From NCBI GenBank assembly GCA_964624705.1, contig CAZUYQ010000035.1, positions 1,599-39,538 of the forward strand: a stretch of DNA of 37,940 nt, written 5' to 3'. Below the pieces are notes generated by a model. It was not told the origin of the DNA and ran no database searches. It saw only the letters and a program-made list of their open reading frames with translations. A program made the translations under genes and the position numbers. Source of the stretch: an uncultured Polynucleobacter sp. (lineage in GTDB: Bacteria; Bdellovibrionota_B; Oligoflexia; Oligoflexales; RGVZ01). This document shows, in pieces, positions 1 to 9,399 of the stretch (positions are counted from its first letter, which is position 1; each line of letters starts with the position of its first letter).

Positions 1-2
1 CT

Positions 3-503
3 CAAGCCTCGAATACTAATTCCGCTTCCAATCAAGGATTTAGTCTGATGGGCGGCGGGTTTTTCGCCAGTCTTTTAGGGCTTGGCGGAATGGGAAATCT
101 AGGCACCATGGGAAACACTGGCATCTATCCGCAACCTGGCATGACAGCAAACACAGTCCTTACGAATTTAGCAATGAATCCTGCAAACGATCCGACTAGA
201 GCAGGCTACAATCCTAGTTTACCGCAGGCCGTAAACCCTGCAGGGCCTAATTACAATGCTGCGGCAACTCCTCAATATCTTCAACAGCTCGCGGCTCAGC
301 AAGCACAGGTAAGTGGTCAGCAGTATGTGAACCCATCTCAGCGCTATGCTCAAACAGGTCTAAACGTCGGGATGCTTGCTAAGGTGTTCAGCGGCTGTGC
401 GGGTGGAAACTGCAATTGTGCAAATGGTCAGTGCTCCAACTGCACTGGTGGTTGCAGTGGCGGGAACTGTAGTTGTCCTGGCGGGTGTTGTAATACGGTG
501 TGA
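3..503 (+). CDS. Hypothetical low-complexity (G/N/P/Q-rich) protein with a Cys-rich C-terminal tail; 5'-partial
   Basis: The frame of ORF 48..503 stays open back to nt 3 (QASNTNSASNQGFSL precedes the first Met), so the gene probably starts upstream of the window. The C-terminus is GCAGGNCNCANGQCSNCTGGCSGGNCSCPGGCCNTV (11 Cys in 36 aa). A strong hairpin terminator follows. Confidence 0.5.
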   Translation, partial: QASNTNSASNQGFSLMGGGFFASLLGLGGMGNLGTMGNTGIYPQPGMTANTVLTNLAMNPANDPTRAGYNPSLPQAVNPAGPNYNAAATPQYLQQLAAQQAQVSGQQYVNPSQRYAQTGLNVGMLAKVFSGCAGGNCNCANGQCSNCTGGCSGGNCSCPGGCCNTV

Positions 504-527
504 GAAGAGTATTAAAATACTAAAAAA

Positions 528-561
528 GAACTCACGTCATATGCCACGTGGGTTCTTTTTT
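528..561. terminator. Bidirectional intrinsic terminator between convergent genes
   Basis: GAACTCACGT (528-537) pairs with ACGTGGGTTC (546-555), a 10-bp stem with one G-U. It is followed by TTTTTT (556-561) and preceded by AAAAAA on the other side. It lies between the stops of 3..503(+) and corA(-). Confidence 0.7.
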
Positions 562-565
562 CTCT

Positions 566-1480
566 CTAGTCTTCGAACCAGCGTTGTTTTTTAAACCAAT
601 ACCAAATCAAACCTACGGTGGCGATCATCACAATCCAAACGCCTGCATAACCATAACGCCATTCCAACTCAGGCATAACTTTAAAGTTCATCCCATAGAC
701 ACCGACAATAAACGTCAACGGCATAAAAAACACCGAAAACAAAGTGAGGATGCGAATAACCTGGTTATTACGATGCGAATACATCGATAACTCCAGATTC
801 ACCAATGCACTTGCATCCTCCGCAAGTTCATCGGCAAAGAACATGAGGCTTTGGAGCGATTCAATCAAGTCTTGAGCATAAATGCGTTCGATATCTTGAG
901 CTCGTGGCAGGCGTTGAAAGATGGCTGCTGTGTGCCATAGAAGGCGTTTAATCGTCGACAAACGCCGAGCTTCTTGCCTCACGCCAGTGAATATCTCGAC
1001 AGTGCCTTTACCGTTACTGATAATGTCTTCGACTTTTTCAAAACGCGCTTCGAATTTAACGAAGGCTTCATCAAAGGTCATGACCGCTGCTTTACAAATT
1101 TCATAGTATAGACGAACAACATTTTCATCTGTAAATGAATCCTGAATCGATAAGATATATCTATCGAGAAAGCGTAAAGGCTTACGATGAATCGTAAGCA
1201 GAACGTTGCCCTTGGTTAAAACAACTAATTTGCGTGTCAACTGTTGGACGCTTGTTGATTCGGTAGTGGACTCTTCATCAAAGGCCCGCACGATCGTAAA
1301 TAAGTAACCCGAAGTCACTTCGAATTTCGGCAGATGTTCGGGATCTAGACAGTCTTCAAGAAGAACGGGATGGATTTGATACTCGGCTGCAAGCTCTGCG
1401 AGTTCTTCGACTGAAGGAGCCACAACATCAATCCATTTACAATCATTAATCTTTAGAATTGTTTGTAGCATATGTACCAA
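566..1480 (-). CDS. corA: CorA-family Mg2+/Co2+ transporter
   Basis: 304 aa. A soluble N-terminal domain is followed by two C-terminal TM helices that carry the YGMNF signature (FIVGVYGMNFKVMPE). Confidence 0.9.
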   Translation of the reverse strand: MVHMLQTILKINDCKWIDVVAPSVEELAELAAEYQIHPVLLEDCLDPEHLPKFEVTSGYLFTIVRAFDEESTTESTSVQQLTRKLVVLTKGNVLLTIHRKPLRFLDRYILSIQDSFTDENVVRLYYEICKAAVMTFDEAFVKFEARFEKVEDIISNGKGTVEIFTGVRQEARRLSTIKRLLWHTAAIFQRLPRAQDIERIYAQDLIESLQSLMFFADELAEDASALVNLELSMYSHRNNQVIRILTLFSVFFMPLTFIVGVYGMNFKVMPELEWRYGYAGVWIVMIATVGLIWYWFKKQRWFED

Positions 1481-1653
1481 TTCAGAATTTAGGATTTTGA
1501 ATTTATCTCAAGGCCTAGTTTACTCTTTCATACAAATCCAAGTCAAATTCAATAAATTCAAAACCTTAATTCACAAGGATTGGCCGCACTAACGTCAGGA
1601 GAATTGAATCTCAGATCATCTCCGTTTCAATATAAATCTGATATAATGAATGC

Positions 1654-2568
1654 ATGAATAAATATATAAATATGAAAAAAGTTCGCATAATTACCGCATC
1701 AGTGATGTTCGTCACTACTATGAACAGTTGTAAAAGTCGTCGCGAATCTGATGCCGCCTTAAATGAAACCTCAACAAGAAGAAAAATTGATTTCTTGTTT
1801 GTTGTCGCTCAAGGATTTTATTCTTGTACTTACAGACTTAGAAACACTCGAGAAACGATACACAACCTAACAACTGACGCTATAAAAAATGCACCTAAAT
1901 CAAAGCGATACTCTACCTCAGTAACCATCATTGAGCCTTGTTTCTCCGGTGGTTTGGTGGAGAATGCTGGCGCAGAAAAACTTCACTACACTATAACCCG
2001 TCCAGGTGAAGATACAGGAGATAAACGCGAGATCTCAGTTGATGCTCTCAATTACTCAATCGGATCCATCGCGAATGGCGCTAATAACGAGAACCCAATG
2101 TATGTCTATCTTATCGGGCATTCACATGGTGGATGGCTTGTGATGAACTCTGCTCTCAACTGGAGGTCTAAAGGTATCTTACGAGGACTATTTACCATCG
2201 ATCCGATTAGTTACAAGAACTGCACTCAATTACAAGGAATCGCTTATCATTTAGTTATGGGTTTAAATCTACTCGGATTTGAGAACCCGGAATGCACTCG
2301 TGCTCCAACTGATTTAGTGAATGACTATCCAAAAATCGCGGAGAATTCGAACCGGATTTGGCACAATTACTATCAAACTCAATTTTCCTACGTCCACTCT
2401 GGACCAGCTGAAGGTGCGACGACAAATCGTGAACTTAAATTCACCTATCCTTACGTCGATCTTATTAAGTTTGCTCACCGAGACATCTTAGGTGATGATC
2501 GTGTTTGGAGTTCTATAAAGAATGTTATTTCTAGCGACATACATAACGTTTTCGAATCCTTGAACTAA
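1654..2568 (+). CDS. Secreted/lipoprotein alpha/beta-hydrolase (lipase/esterase-like)
   Basis: N-terminal signal-like MKKVRIITASVMFVTTMNSC. Nucleophile elbow GxSxG as LIGHSHGGW. The start could instead be the ATG at 1672. Confidence 0.6.
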   Translation: MNKYINMKKVRIITASVMFVTTMNSCKSRRESDAALNETSTRRKIDFLFVVAQGFYSCTYRLRNTRETIHNLTTDAIKNAPKSKRYSTSVTIIEPCFSGGLVENAGAEKLHYTITRPGEDTGDKREISVDALNYSIGSIANGANNENPMYVYLIGHSHGGWLVMNSALNWRSKGILRGLFTIDPISYKNCTQLQGIAYHLVMGLNLLGFENPECTRAPTDLVNDYPKIAENSNRIWHNYYQTQFSYVHSGPAEGATTNRELKFTYPYVDLIKFAHRDILGDDRVWSSIKNVISSDIHNVFESLN

Positions 2569-2683
2569 AGAGTGGATCGTCTACAAAGAGAGTAAATATC
2601 CCATGAAGACAAGTATAATAGTGATTATCTAAATCTTCTCAACTTTCGCCTCCAAAACCAGACGACCAGATTCCGACGTAAAA

Positions 2684-4030
2684 TTGACAGACACAGCTCC
2701 CGGCGGCGTGGAGGGGCTAAATGGCTATGAATTGAAACCGGACTTTATCAAATCCGTCGGCAATCATATTGGATGCGAAGGCGCGAGTAAAGTCGTCGGT
2801 CACTATCGCGAAACATCATTCAGCAAGTCAATCCAAACAATTATGGAGGCGAAAGACGTATACGCAACTTTATTAAGTCAATTCTTAGATCCTAATGTTG
2901 CCGCAAAAGGCTGTACGGGATTAGGAAACAACATCAAACCTATCGACGATCTACCTGGATTTATGCGTATTTATAGTAAAGTCCGTGCTGCGGGCTATGG
3001 CCTCACCGTTATCGCCCACGGTGGATTTGGGAGTCACTTGACTCCTGGAGGAACTTTAGTTGAAACAAGAGATCGCATCAACGCCATCGGTCTTGACCTG
3101 GATAAAGGGACGGATAAAAAAACTCTGAGAGCATGGCGTATCGAATGTGATAACAGTTACGCCAGCGATGATCACTGTTCTCCGCATCTAGCAGAAGAGT
3201 TAAAAAAGCTAGAACAAGAGCAACCATCTTCTGTTCCCCAAGTCTATCTTTTTTGGGGTTACAGCAAGGGGGGAAATACCATTATTCAGGCACTAGCTTC
3301 GATGCCGGAAGTTAGATCTAAAACTATAGCTATCGTTACACTAGCAACACCGATCGCTGGATCACATGCCATTATGATGGCAACTCCCGCTATTAGTGCC
3401 GTTATTAAATCACATGCTGATCTACTGAAAGAGAATCCACCTTTAGCAGTCCTTGCTCCCACAGCCTATGGAATGACTCCAACCTCTATCAGAGACTATC
3501 TCAAGCTTCTGGAACCAGATCAGACACAGCTAGTTCTCGACGGTATGAAATCGTTACGGCTTGATCAACGCAAAAAATTCTTGTACTCCTGGCTTGCTAA
3601 ACAAGACTATAGCCGCCAGTCCGATCCTGTCTATCATCGCCAAAAGTTACCTGTCTTCCATATTGCCGGCGTCGTAGATCCCGGACAATTTCGCCCCTTT
3701 CCTGTGCTAACTCTTAAAGACGGTGAGCTAAGCATCAAAGACGATACGATGGATAGCAATCAATTAAAAGAAATGTCATTTATTGGCGGTTACCGGGACT
3801 TCCCGCTGAATGATGCCTGCGTCGCATTACAACATTCGGTTATTCCCAAAAATGCTCTTCCTAAAGGATTAGAGACCGAATTACTTGGCATCATCAAATT
3901 AGATCATTTAACCGCACAGTTCGGCTGGGGACGAGCAGCAGACGGGCCGAATGCAACACCGGCCATGGATCTCGTCGACGCGATCGCCGATACGATTGCT
4001 ACTCGTCTTGAGGGAGGACAACCTTTATGA
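2684..4030 (+). CDS. Alpha/beta-hydrolase-fold protein (lipase-like); N-terminus possibly disrupted
   Basis: GxSxG elbow WGYSKGG. The track start is a TTG. The same frame upstream holds ATG 2603 plus a signal-peptide-like sequence, interrupted by TAA at 2630-2632. The stop overlaps the next gene's start (ATGA at 4027-4030). Confidence 0.6.
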   Translation: MTDTAPGGVEGLNGYELKPDFIKSVGNHIGCEGASKVVGHYRETSFSKSIQTIMEAKDVYATLLSQFLDPNVAAKGCTGLGNNIKPIDDLPGFMRIYSKVRAAGYGLTVIAHGGFGSHLTPGGTLVETRDRINAIGLDLDKGTDKKTLRAWRIECDNSYASDDHCSPHLAEELKKLEQEQPSSVPQVYLFWGYSKGGNTIIQALASMPEVRSKTIAIVTLATPIAGSHAIMMATPAISAVIKSHADLLKENPPLAVLAPTAYGMTPTSIRDYLKLLEPDQTQLVLDGMKSLRLDQRKKFLYSWLAKQDYSRQSDPVYHRQKLPVFHIAGVVDPGQFRPFPVLTLKDGELSIKDDTMDSNQLKEMSFIGGYRDFPLNDACVALQHSVIPKNALPKGLETELLGIIKLDHLTAQFGWGRAADGPNATPAMDLVDAIADTIATRLEGGQPL

Positions 4031-5358
4031 AACACCTAAAATACTTATTCTCCGCTACTCTTTTCGCCTGCACAACTCCGGCTTTTGCAGAGTTTCATCC
4101 GATTATTGTTACCTTTCAACAGGGCTCAGCTAGTGACGCCGTCAAAGCCGGCGTTATAGAGCTGCTGTCGGACGCAATTCAAAAAGGAACTTTAAGGAGT
4201 TTAGCCTCAGGAATTTCGGGAACAGGAGAGAGATTTAAAAACCGCGTTATTCCTGGCACCCTCGGAGGTCTAACCAAAGCATTTACAGAGATAGATAAAA
4301 ATGTGGATGATGGATTTCGAGCATTTAAAAACTTACCCGGTCATAATTTTAATGGAGCAAATTGGAGTTTCGAGATCCATATGACCTGGACTGACAGATC
4401 AAAGTTCCCACCATTAACAGAGGAGCTAGGGGGACGTATGTTTGCGATGCTTTGGACTTTAGGCGAAGCCCAGGCACGCAACGCTCTGCAAAAAGGAAAT
4501 CAAGATGCTTTGGCAAGTGCACTTACATACGCGAATACTATTCCAATTGTAAATGGCAACGAGGTACCAGGCGGTCTACAAAGTTTTTTTGAAGATGGAG
4601 TAAGGGCTTACGCGGATATTGCGCCAAGGACTGCAAATGACTGGATTCCACTCTATATGGGCCTCACAGTGAGCCTTCTCAATAATGAACTCACGCTGAA
4701 TACAACGGCAATTATAAAACCGGCTGAGCTTAATCTTAAGTTAGACGACTTCAATTTGGTCTCAGCAAGATCACTCAAATATGAACCGAGTCGAGGACTA
4801 AGAACCGCCACGCACATTAATTTGAGTAAAACATATGGTTCAACAAGAAGCGAAAGTCGTTCCTTGTTAAAAGTAACATTCGGGAATATATCGTCCAACG
4901 ATATCCGCAGTAATTCTTTCTGCAAATTAAACTGCGATAAGTTTTTATATCAGGTTCCGACCCTATCGCTAAAACTGACTCCATCATTCGCTGCCCCCGA
5001 GAAAATGAAAGTGGCGGCATCATTGATTGGAACTGTGCTGTCACCATTTCTCGACTTCTTCGTTCTCATTAAACAAATTGTTATCGATTTCACTGATCCC
5101 GCAGGACCGAAAGTCTTGCCTGATAAATCACAAATGGTGTTTATATCTCGGCAGCAGATAGGCGCCGAGGAAAAGCTTCAAGTTTTGAACTCGAGTGAAG
5201 AGATACGGGATGGTTACAATCTATATGATAAATTAATCGGTCATGCGCTGGAAGACAGGATGACCGGTCAAATCCGAGATGGAATGTCTCAACTCAACAA
5301 TGCAGCCGATCAAAAATTAAATAGCTCACTAGAAGGTATTAGTCAGTTATTTAAATAA
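4027..5358 (+). CDS. Secreted hypothetical protein, translationally coupled to the upstream hydrolase
   Basis: Signal peptide MKHLKYLFSATLFACTTPAFA|EF. 4-nt ATGA overlap with 2684..4030. I recognise no motif. Confidence 0.6.
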   Translation: MKHLKYLFSATLFACTTPAFAEFHPIIVTFQQGSASDAVKAGVIELLSDAIQKGTLRSLASGISGTGERFKNRVIPGTLGGLTKAFTEIDKNVDDGFRAFKNLPGHNFNGANWSFEIHMTWTDRSKFPPLTEELGGRMFAMLWTLGEAQARNALQKGNQDALASALTYANTIPIVNGNEVPGGLQSFFEDGVRAYADIAPRTANDWIPLYMGLTVSLLNNELTLNTTAIIKPAELNLKLDDFNLVSARSLKYEPSRGLRTATHINLSKTYGSTRSESRSLLKVTFGNISSNDIRSNSFCKLNCDKFLYQVPTLSLKLTPSFAAPEKMKVAASLIGTVLSPFLDFFVLIKQIVIDFTDPAGPKVLPDKSQMVFISRQQIGAEEKLQVLNSSEEIRDGYNLYDKLIGHALEDRMTGQIRDGMSQLNNAADQKLNSSLEGISQLFK

Positions 5359-5366
5359 TTCATTTT

Positions 5367-5909
5367 TTACTGAGTACTACTATTTAAAAGCTTCCGCAAT
5401 TTTTCATTTGAGGATGCGTCAGGACCCCTAAACAAGGTCCATTCTTCTATTGCTGATCGATCAGGAAAGACACATATGCCAACTGCTCCCTCAGCAGATT
5501 GATAACCAGGGTTTGTTCCTCCCACCTTTAAGCAATAAAGGCTCGCGGGGTTTGCTCCACCATTGCCCGGGCTTACTTCAATCGTCGGATGCAATAGAAA
5601 TACGGAAACTGCTTTTGTTCTCGTTTGGGCAGGATCATTCAAGTAGCGAAACAATGTCCACTCTTCAATAATTCCTCCACCCACGTTGCAAAATCCACCT
5701 TGACCAGCTTCGTTGGTGTACATCTCGATGAGACCGCCGTGATCGACGCAGAATTTTGCCGAAGGATTTGCAAGACCAAGTTTATTTTCTTTGGCACCCA
5801 CCTTAGAACTCGCACTCATCTCCTCATGCGAGGCCGACGCGCAGCCCGCGATAAACTTAGTAAAAATTAAGATTACAAAAAAGAAAATTTTCGTACTAGA
5901 AAATCTCAT
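5367..5909 (-). CDS. Lipoprotein with two tandem DUF333 (putative hemolysin, COG3042-like) domains
   Basis: Lipobox FIAG|C. Two copies of the ANPS/A..C...GG......G..G.C.......EEWTLFR pattern: ANPSAKFCVDHGG...GFCNVGGGIIEEWTLFR and ANPASLYCLKVGG...GICVFPDRSAIEEWTLFRG. Confidence 0.7.
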   Translation of the reverse strand: MRFSSTKIFFFVILIFTKFIAGCASASHEEMSASSKVGAKENKLGLANPSAKFCVDHGGLIEMYTNEAGQGGFCNVGGGIIEEWTLFRYLNDPAQTRTKAVSVFLLHPTIEVSPGNGGANPASLYCLKVGGTNPGYQSAEGAVGICVFPDRSAIEEWTLFRGPDASSNEKLRKLLNSSTQ

Positions 5910-6095
5910 GAGCCGAACTCCGAGGTTATCGCCATAAATACGGTATCTACTTAGATATTTTGCATTATAGCCCCTTTAGCAGGCACGTCTACAGCTGATA
6001 CAGAAGATAGGAATGGAGCATTTGCAAACAACTCAGATTCTGATAGTCTAAGACACACCGTTATTCAGTGTGCGAGACAATCAAGAGGTTCCCGA

Positions 6096-6452
6096 TTGCG
6101 GTACTTCCAATCTTCGATCAGCCGATATCTTTTTGTACTTGCGACTATCGCCTTTATAGGTGTGAGTCTAAAACTTGTCACATATGGCGAGTGCAAACAT
6201 AATTTAAGCTCGTTTACTCTTTTCAAATCGGCAGATGAAACACCCGATCCACTCGAACTTTTTCCCGCGGAAGCCAAAAGTTCTGCCGATAAAAAAGAAC
6301 GTTTCCCGGTTACGACCGTTGAATATACCTGGGAAATTTCACTACCAAAGTTTATTGTCATCGAATGTCGCCCTATTATACCAGCAAGAAAACTTGCTGA
6401 ATTGACGCGCCCTCGCGTAGCATGTGGACCACCATCTTTAGCTTCATCTTAA
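6096..6452 (+). CDS. Possible small membrane-anchored hypothetical protein upstream of dabA
   Basis: TTG start 7 nt after AAGAGG (6083-6088), the same RBS hexamer used by dabA. One N-terminal TM segment (YLFVLATIAFIGVSL). It competes with antisense ORF 6065..6361 and has no recognisable family. Confidence 0.3.
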   Translation: MRYFQSSISRYLFVLATIAFIGVSLKLVTYGECKHNLSSFTLFKSADETPDPLELFPAEAKSSADKKERFPVTTVEYTWEISLPKFIVIECRPIIPARKLAELTRPRVACGPPSLASS

Positions 6453-6540
6453 AGCGAATATGCATTGGTTAACTCATCCCTCCGTTCGCCAGACCAATGT
6501 GAACCCAAAAATTATTAAGCATAAGATTTAAGAGGTTTAG

Positions 6541-9399
6541 ATGTCTATACATCGGCATGCGGATTCATCCGCTGACTTAGATGGATCCATGACCATTTGC
6601 GATGCAATCGAACATGTAAGAGGATATCTATCCTCACAGGGTCCCATTGATAATTTTATTCATCACAATACGTTTCACCACTTCGAACATGTTGCGTTTG
6701 AAGAAGCTGTCGAGCATGTTGCTCATTTGCTTAGAGCGGAACCATATCTTGCTCACGAAGAGTTTTGCGAAGCATGGCGGCGCGGTCGCATCACGGATGC
6801 AGATGTCGACGCTGAATTAACCCATCGGCTCGGTGCAACACCCCCGACTGAGCATACCGACTGGCGTAAACAAATCCTTATGGCTGCCTTGCAGATTCCT
6901 GAACGCAGGGAATGCGCCCGTACAGTCCGATGGTGGCTCGAAGATGGGCGCGGACTGAAGGACTTCGATCCTGCAGTGTCTACAGGAACAAAAACAAGAC
7001 TTATTGCTCAATCTCAAGGTCAAAATGCCACAAGCGCACTAACGACGCTTTGGAATGCCGTGGAAAAAAAATTAGATGAAAATATGAAACTTGAGTCAAA
7101 CTCTTCTTCGGCTGGAATTGGTATACCTGAAGACCGCAGTCTCGGTGATATTTCGATTCGTATCGTTGCAGCTTATTTAGATCGAGGTACAGCTCAGTGG
7201 CACATGCCTGAGCGCGATCATGGCCTCTGGCACTGCATGGTACAGCTAGCGAAGTATCGCAGTCCTATTGTGCCCAATAGCGTTGATCGACTACGCCACG
7301 ATGAACGGCTTGTCCACTTAATGCAGTCAAATGGTATGTCCGCATGCGCATATCTATTGAACGAATTGGATCCCACCCGAAAGCATTGGCAAGAAATCAT
7401 CCAAAGAGAATTACTAGCTCTTCCAGGTTGGGCTGGAATGCTTGCAACGTTGGAAGAAAGAAATAGCCTTCCAGATAAAAACCGGAGCTATCCGGCTCTT
7501 GTTGACTACATAGCAGTACGTTTGCTGTTAAAACGAGATCCCGAGAAGACTGTGTTCGAGACAACATCTCAATCCCATTCTATGAATATCGCATCATTCG
7601 CTGCTCAACTTTTTCGTGTGGCACAAGTTATGGGTTTAAGCGCGCGAGATATCGAGAAAATGCCTCAGAAGCAGTGGGCCGTATTCTGCAAGACACTTAA
7701 CGAAACTTCAGACTTTATGCGGCGACGTATATTACAAGGCGCATATGAACGGTCCTATCGACAGCAGTTCTTTACGGCACTTCAGCAGAATGCTAAGCAA
7801 AAAAATTCATTGCAAACCGCACGACCAAAGTTTCAAGCCATGTTCTGCCTCGATGAACGAGAAGAATCTTTCAGACGTCATCTGGAAGACTGTGAACCCA
7901 ATTGCATCACTTTTGGCGTCGCCGGATTTTTCGGGGTCGATATGCTCTATCATCCTCATGACGCTATGAATCCTGAGCCCTTCTGTCCGGCACCCGTCAA
8001 ACCAAAACACTTAATTAAGGAAAGACTAGTCCAGCCGAGAACAAAATTTCAGAAAATCACGCCCCAGTTTAAGAGCACGCTTAAATTGGCACGCAACCGT
8101 TTCTGGGGAGCACCACTATTACCGTCTGCTGCACTTATCGATTCATCGCGACTCTTCTTAAACGTGCACTGGTCAGGCGAGCTGATGCGTATCGGTAGAA
8201 AGCTTCGCCCTATCAAACAAGGCCCCACGGAACTTTCTATTTCCAGATCTGGCGAACAAGACCAACAAGTCGAACTTTCTCATGGTTATACAATTCTTGA
8301 AATGGCAGATCGCGTCGAGGCCATCTTAAGAATGGTTGGCCTTACCAGTAATTTTGCAGATTTGGTCTTTCTCATTGGACATGGATCGACCACGACAAAT
8401 AATCACTTCCAATCGGCATATGACTGCGGAGCATGCGGCGGACGAAGAGGGCAGTATAATGGCCGAGTTTTTGCTGGGATGGCAAATGATCGGAATGTCC
8501 GTGGCGAATTGCAAAAACGCGGTATCGCTATTCCTGATGACACAATCTTTGTTGGCGGCATACACGATACATGCTCTGAGTCGATTGTATTCTTTGACTC
8601 GGATGTCGAAATTCGTACTCATTTAAACAAAATAACCAATGCAGAGGATGCCTTCAATGAAGCAAGACGTAGAAATGCCCATGAGCGTTTCCGTCGCTTC
8701 GGAGATACTAGTAAGTTAAGTAAGGAACGAGCACTAAGCAAGGTAGAGACTAGAGCTCATCATGCTGCCGAAGTTCGACCAGAATATGGGCATGGCTCTA
8801 ACGCAGCATCCTTTGTCGGTCGACGATCCACAACTCGTGGATTATTCCTTGATCGTCGTTGCTTTCTGACCTCATATGATGCAGCTCAAGATCCGACTGG
8901 CAAGATCTTGAAGGGTCTCTTAAGCGCAATTATGCCGGTCTGCAGCGGTATCAACTTGGAGTATTACTTCTCACGTGTCGATAATCACACCTTCGGATGC
9001 GGCTCAAAATTACCCCATAATCTCACCTCTATGGTTGGCGTCGTTGATGGTCCTGCCAGCGATCTACGCAGTGGTCTACCTTGGCAAACTGTTGAAATTC
9101 ATGAGCCAATGCGACTCTTAACGATTATCGAAGCTGAAGTTGATTTTGTATTAAACGTACTAAATCAACTTCCGCAGATTCTCGAACAGTTCGATAAGGG
9201 TTGGGGACAACTTGCAGTACTTTCACCTAGCACTCACGAAATATTTCTAAGGGTTAACGGAGCGTTCGAAAAACAAGATTTACTGGATCCACCTGCGAAA
9301 ACACAAAATTCTCGCATGTACTACGACGGAAGAAACGATCATTTACCACCTGCAATCATTACTGCAGGGCACCTAGTGGGGGCTCCTCATGCATCCTGA
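6541..9399 (+). CDS. dabA: DUF2309/UPF0753 protein, DabA-type inorganic carbon pump subunit
   Basis: 952 aa. HHNTFHHFEH near the N-terminus. CLDEREE (Cys436/Asp438/Arg440, nt 7846-7860) and GHGS...YDCGACGG (His614, Cys629/Cys632, nt 8380-8436) match the beta-carbonic-anhydrase-like Zn-site signature of this family. RBS AAGAGG at 6530-6535. It overlaps the next gene by 11 nt. Confidence 0.85.
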   Translation: MSIHRHADSSADLDGSMTICDAIEHVRGYLSSQGPIDNFIHHNTFHHFEHVAFEEAVEHVAHLLRAEPYLAHEEFCEAWRRGRITDADVDAELTHRLGATPPTEHTDWRKQILMAALQIPERRECARTVRWWLEDGRGLKDFDPAVSTGTKTRLIAQSQGQNATSALTTLWNAVEKKLDENMKLESNSSSAGIGIPEDRSLGDISIRIVAAYLDRGTAQWHMPERDHGLWHCMVQLAKYRSPIVPNSVDRLRHDERLVHLMQSNGMSACAYLLNELDPTRKHWQEIIQRELLALPGWAGMLATLEERNSLPDKNRSYPALVDYIAVRLLLKRDPEKTVFETTSQSHSMNIASFAAQLFRVAQVMGLSARDIEKMPQKQWAVFCKTLNETSDFMRRRILQGAYERSYRQQFFTALQQNAKQKNSLQTARPKFQAMFCLDEREESFRRHLEDCEPNCITFGVAGFFGVDMLYHPHDAMNPEPFCPAPVKPKHLIKERLVQPRTKFQKITPQFKSTLKLARNRFWGAPLLPSAALIDSSRLFLNVHWSGELMRIGRKLRPIKQGPTELSISRSGEQDQQVELSHGYTILEMADRVEAILRMVGLTSNFADLVFLIGHGSTTTNNHFQSAYDCGACGGRRGQYNGRVFAGMANDRNVRGELQKRGIAIPDDTIFVGGIHDTCSESIVFFDSDVEIRTHLNKITNAEDAFNEARRRNAHERFRRFGDTSKLSKERALSKVETRAHHAAEVRPEYGHGSNAASFVGRRSTTRGLFLDRRCFLTSYDAAQDPTGKILKGLLSAIMPVCSGINLEYYFSRVDNHTFGCGSKLPHNLTSMVGVVDGPASDLRSGLPWQTVEIHEPMRLLTIIEAEVDFVLNVLNQLPQILEQFDKGWGQLAVLSPSTHEIFLRVNGAFEKQDLLDPPAKTQNSRMYYDGRNDHLPPAIITAGHLVGAPHAS

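Noticed and set aside
376-790. ORFs 376..594 and 548..790 (+)
   Set aside because: They are out-of-frame overlaps of the Cys-rich protein gene, the terminator hairpin and corA. ORF 548..790 is antisense to the conserved CorA GMN/TM region.
2630-2632. Programmed readthrough or recoding of the TAA in the hydrolase signal peptide
   Set aside because: TAA is not a selenocysteine or pyrrolysine codon, and no downstream recoding structure is evident. A mutation or sequencing error is the simpler explanation.
6065-6361. 98-aa minus-strand ORF in the DUF333/dabA intergenic region
   Set aside because: It overlaps plus-strand ORF 6096..6452 almost entirely. It is Ser-rich with no recognisable motif. 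The plus-strand ORF has the better RBS and a TM segment. Neither is certain.
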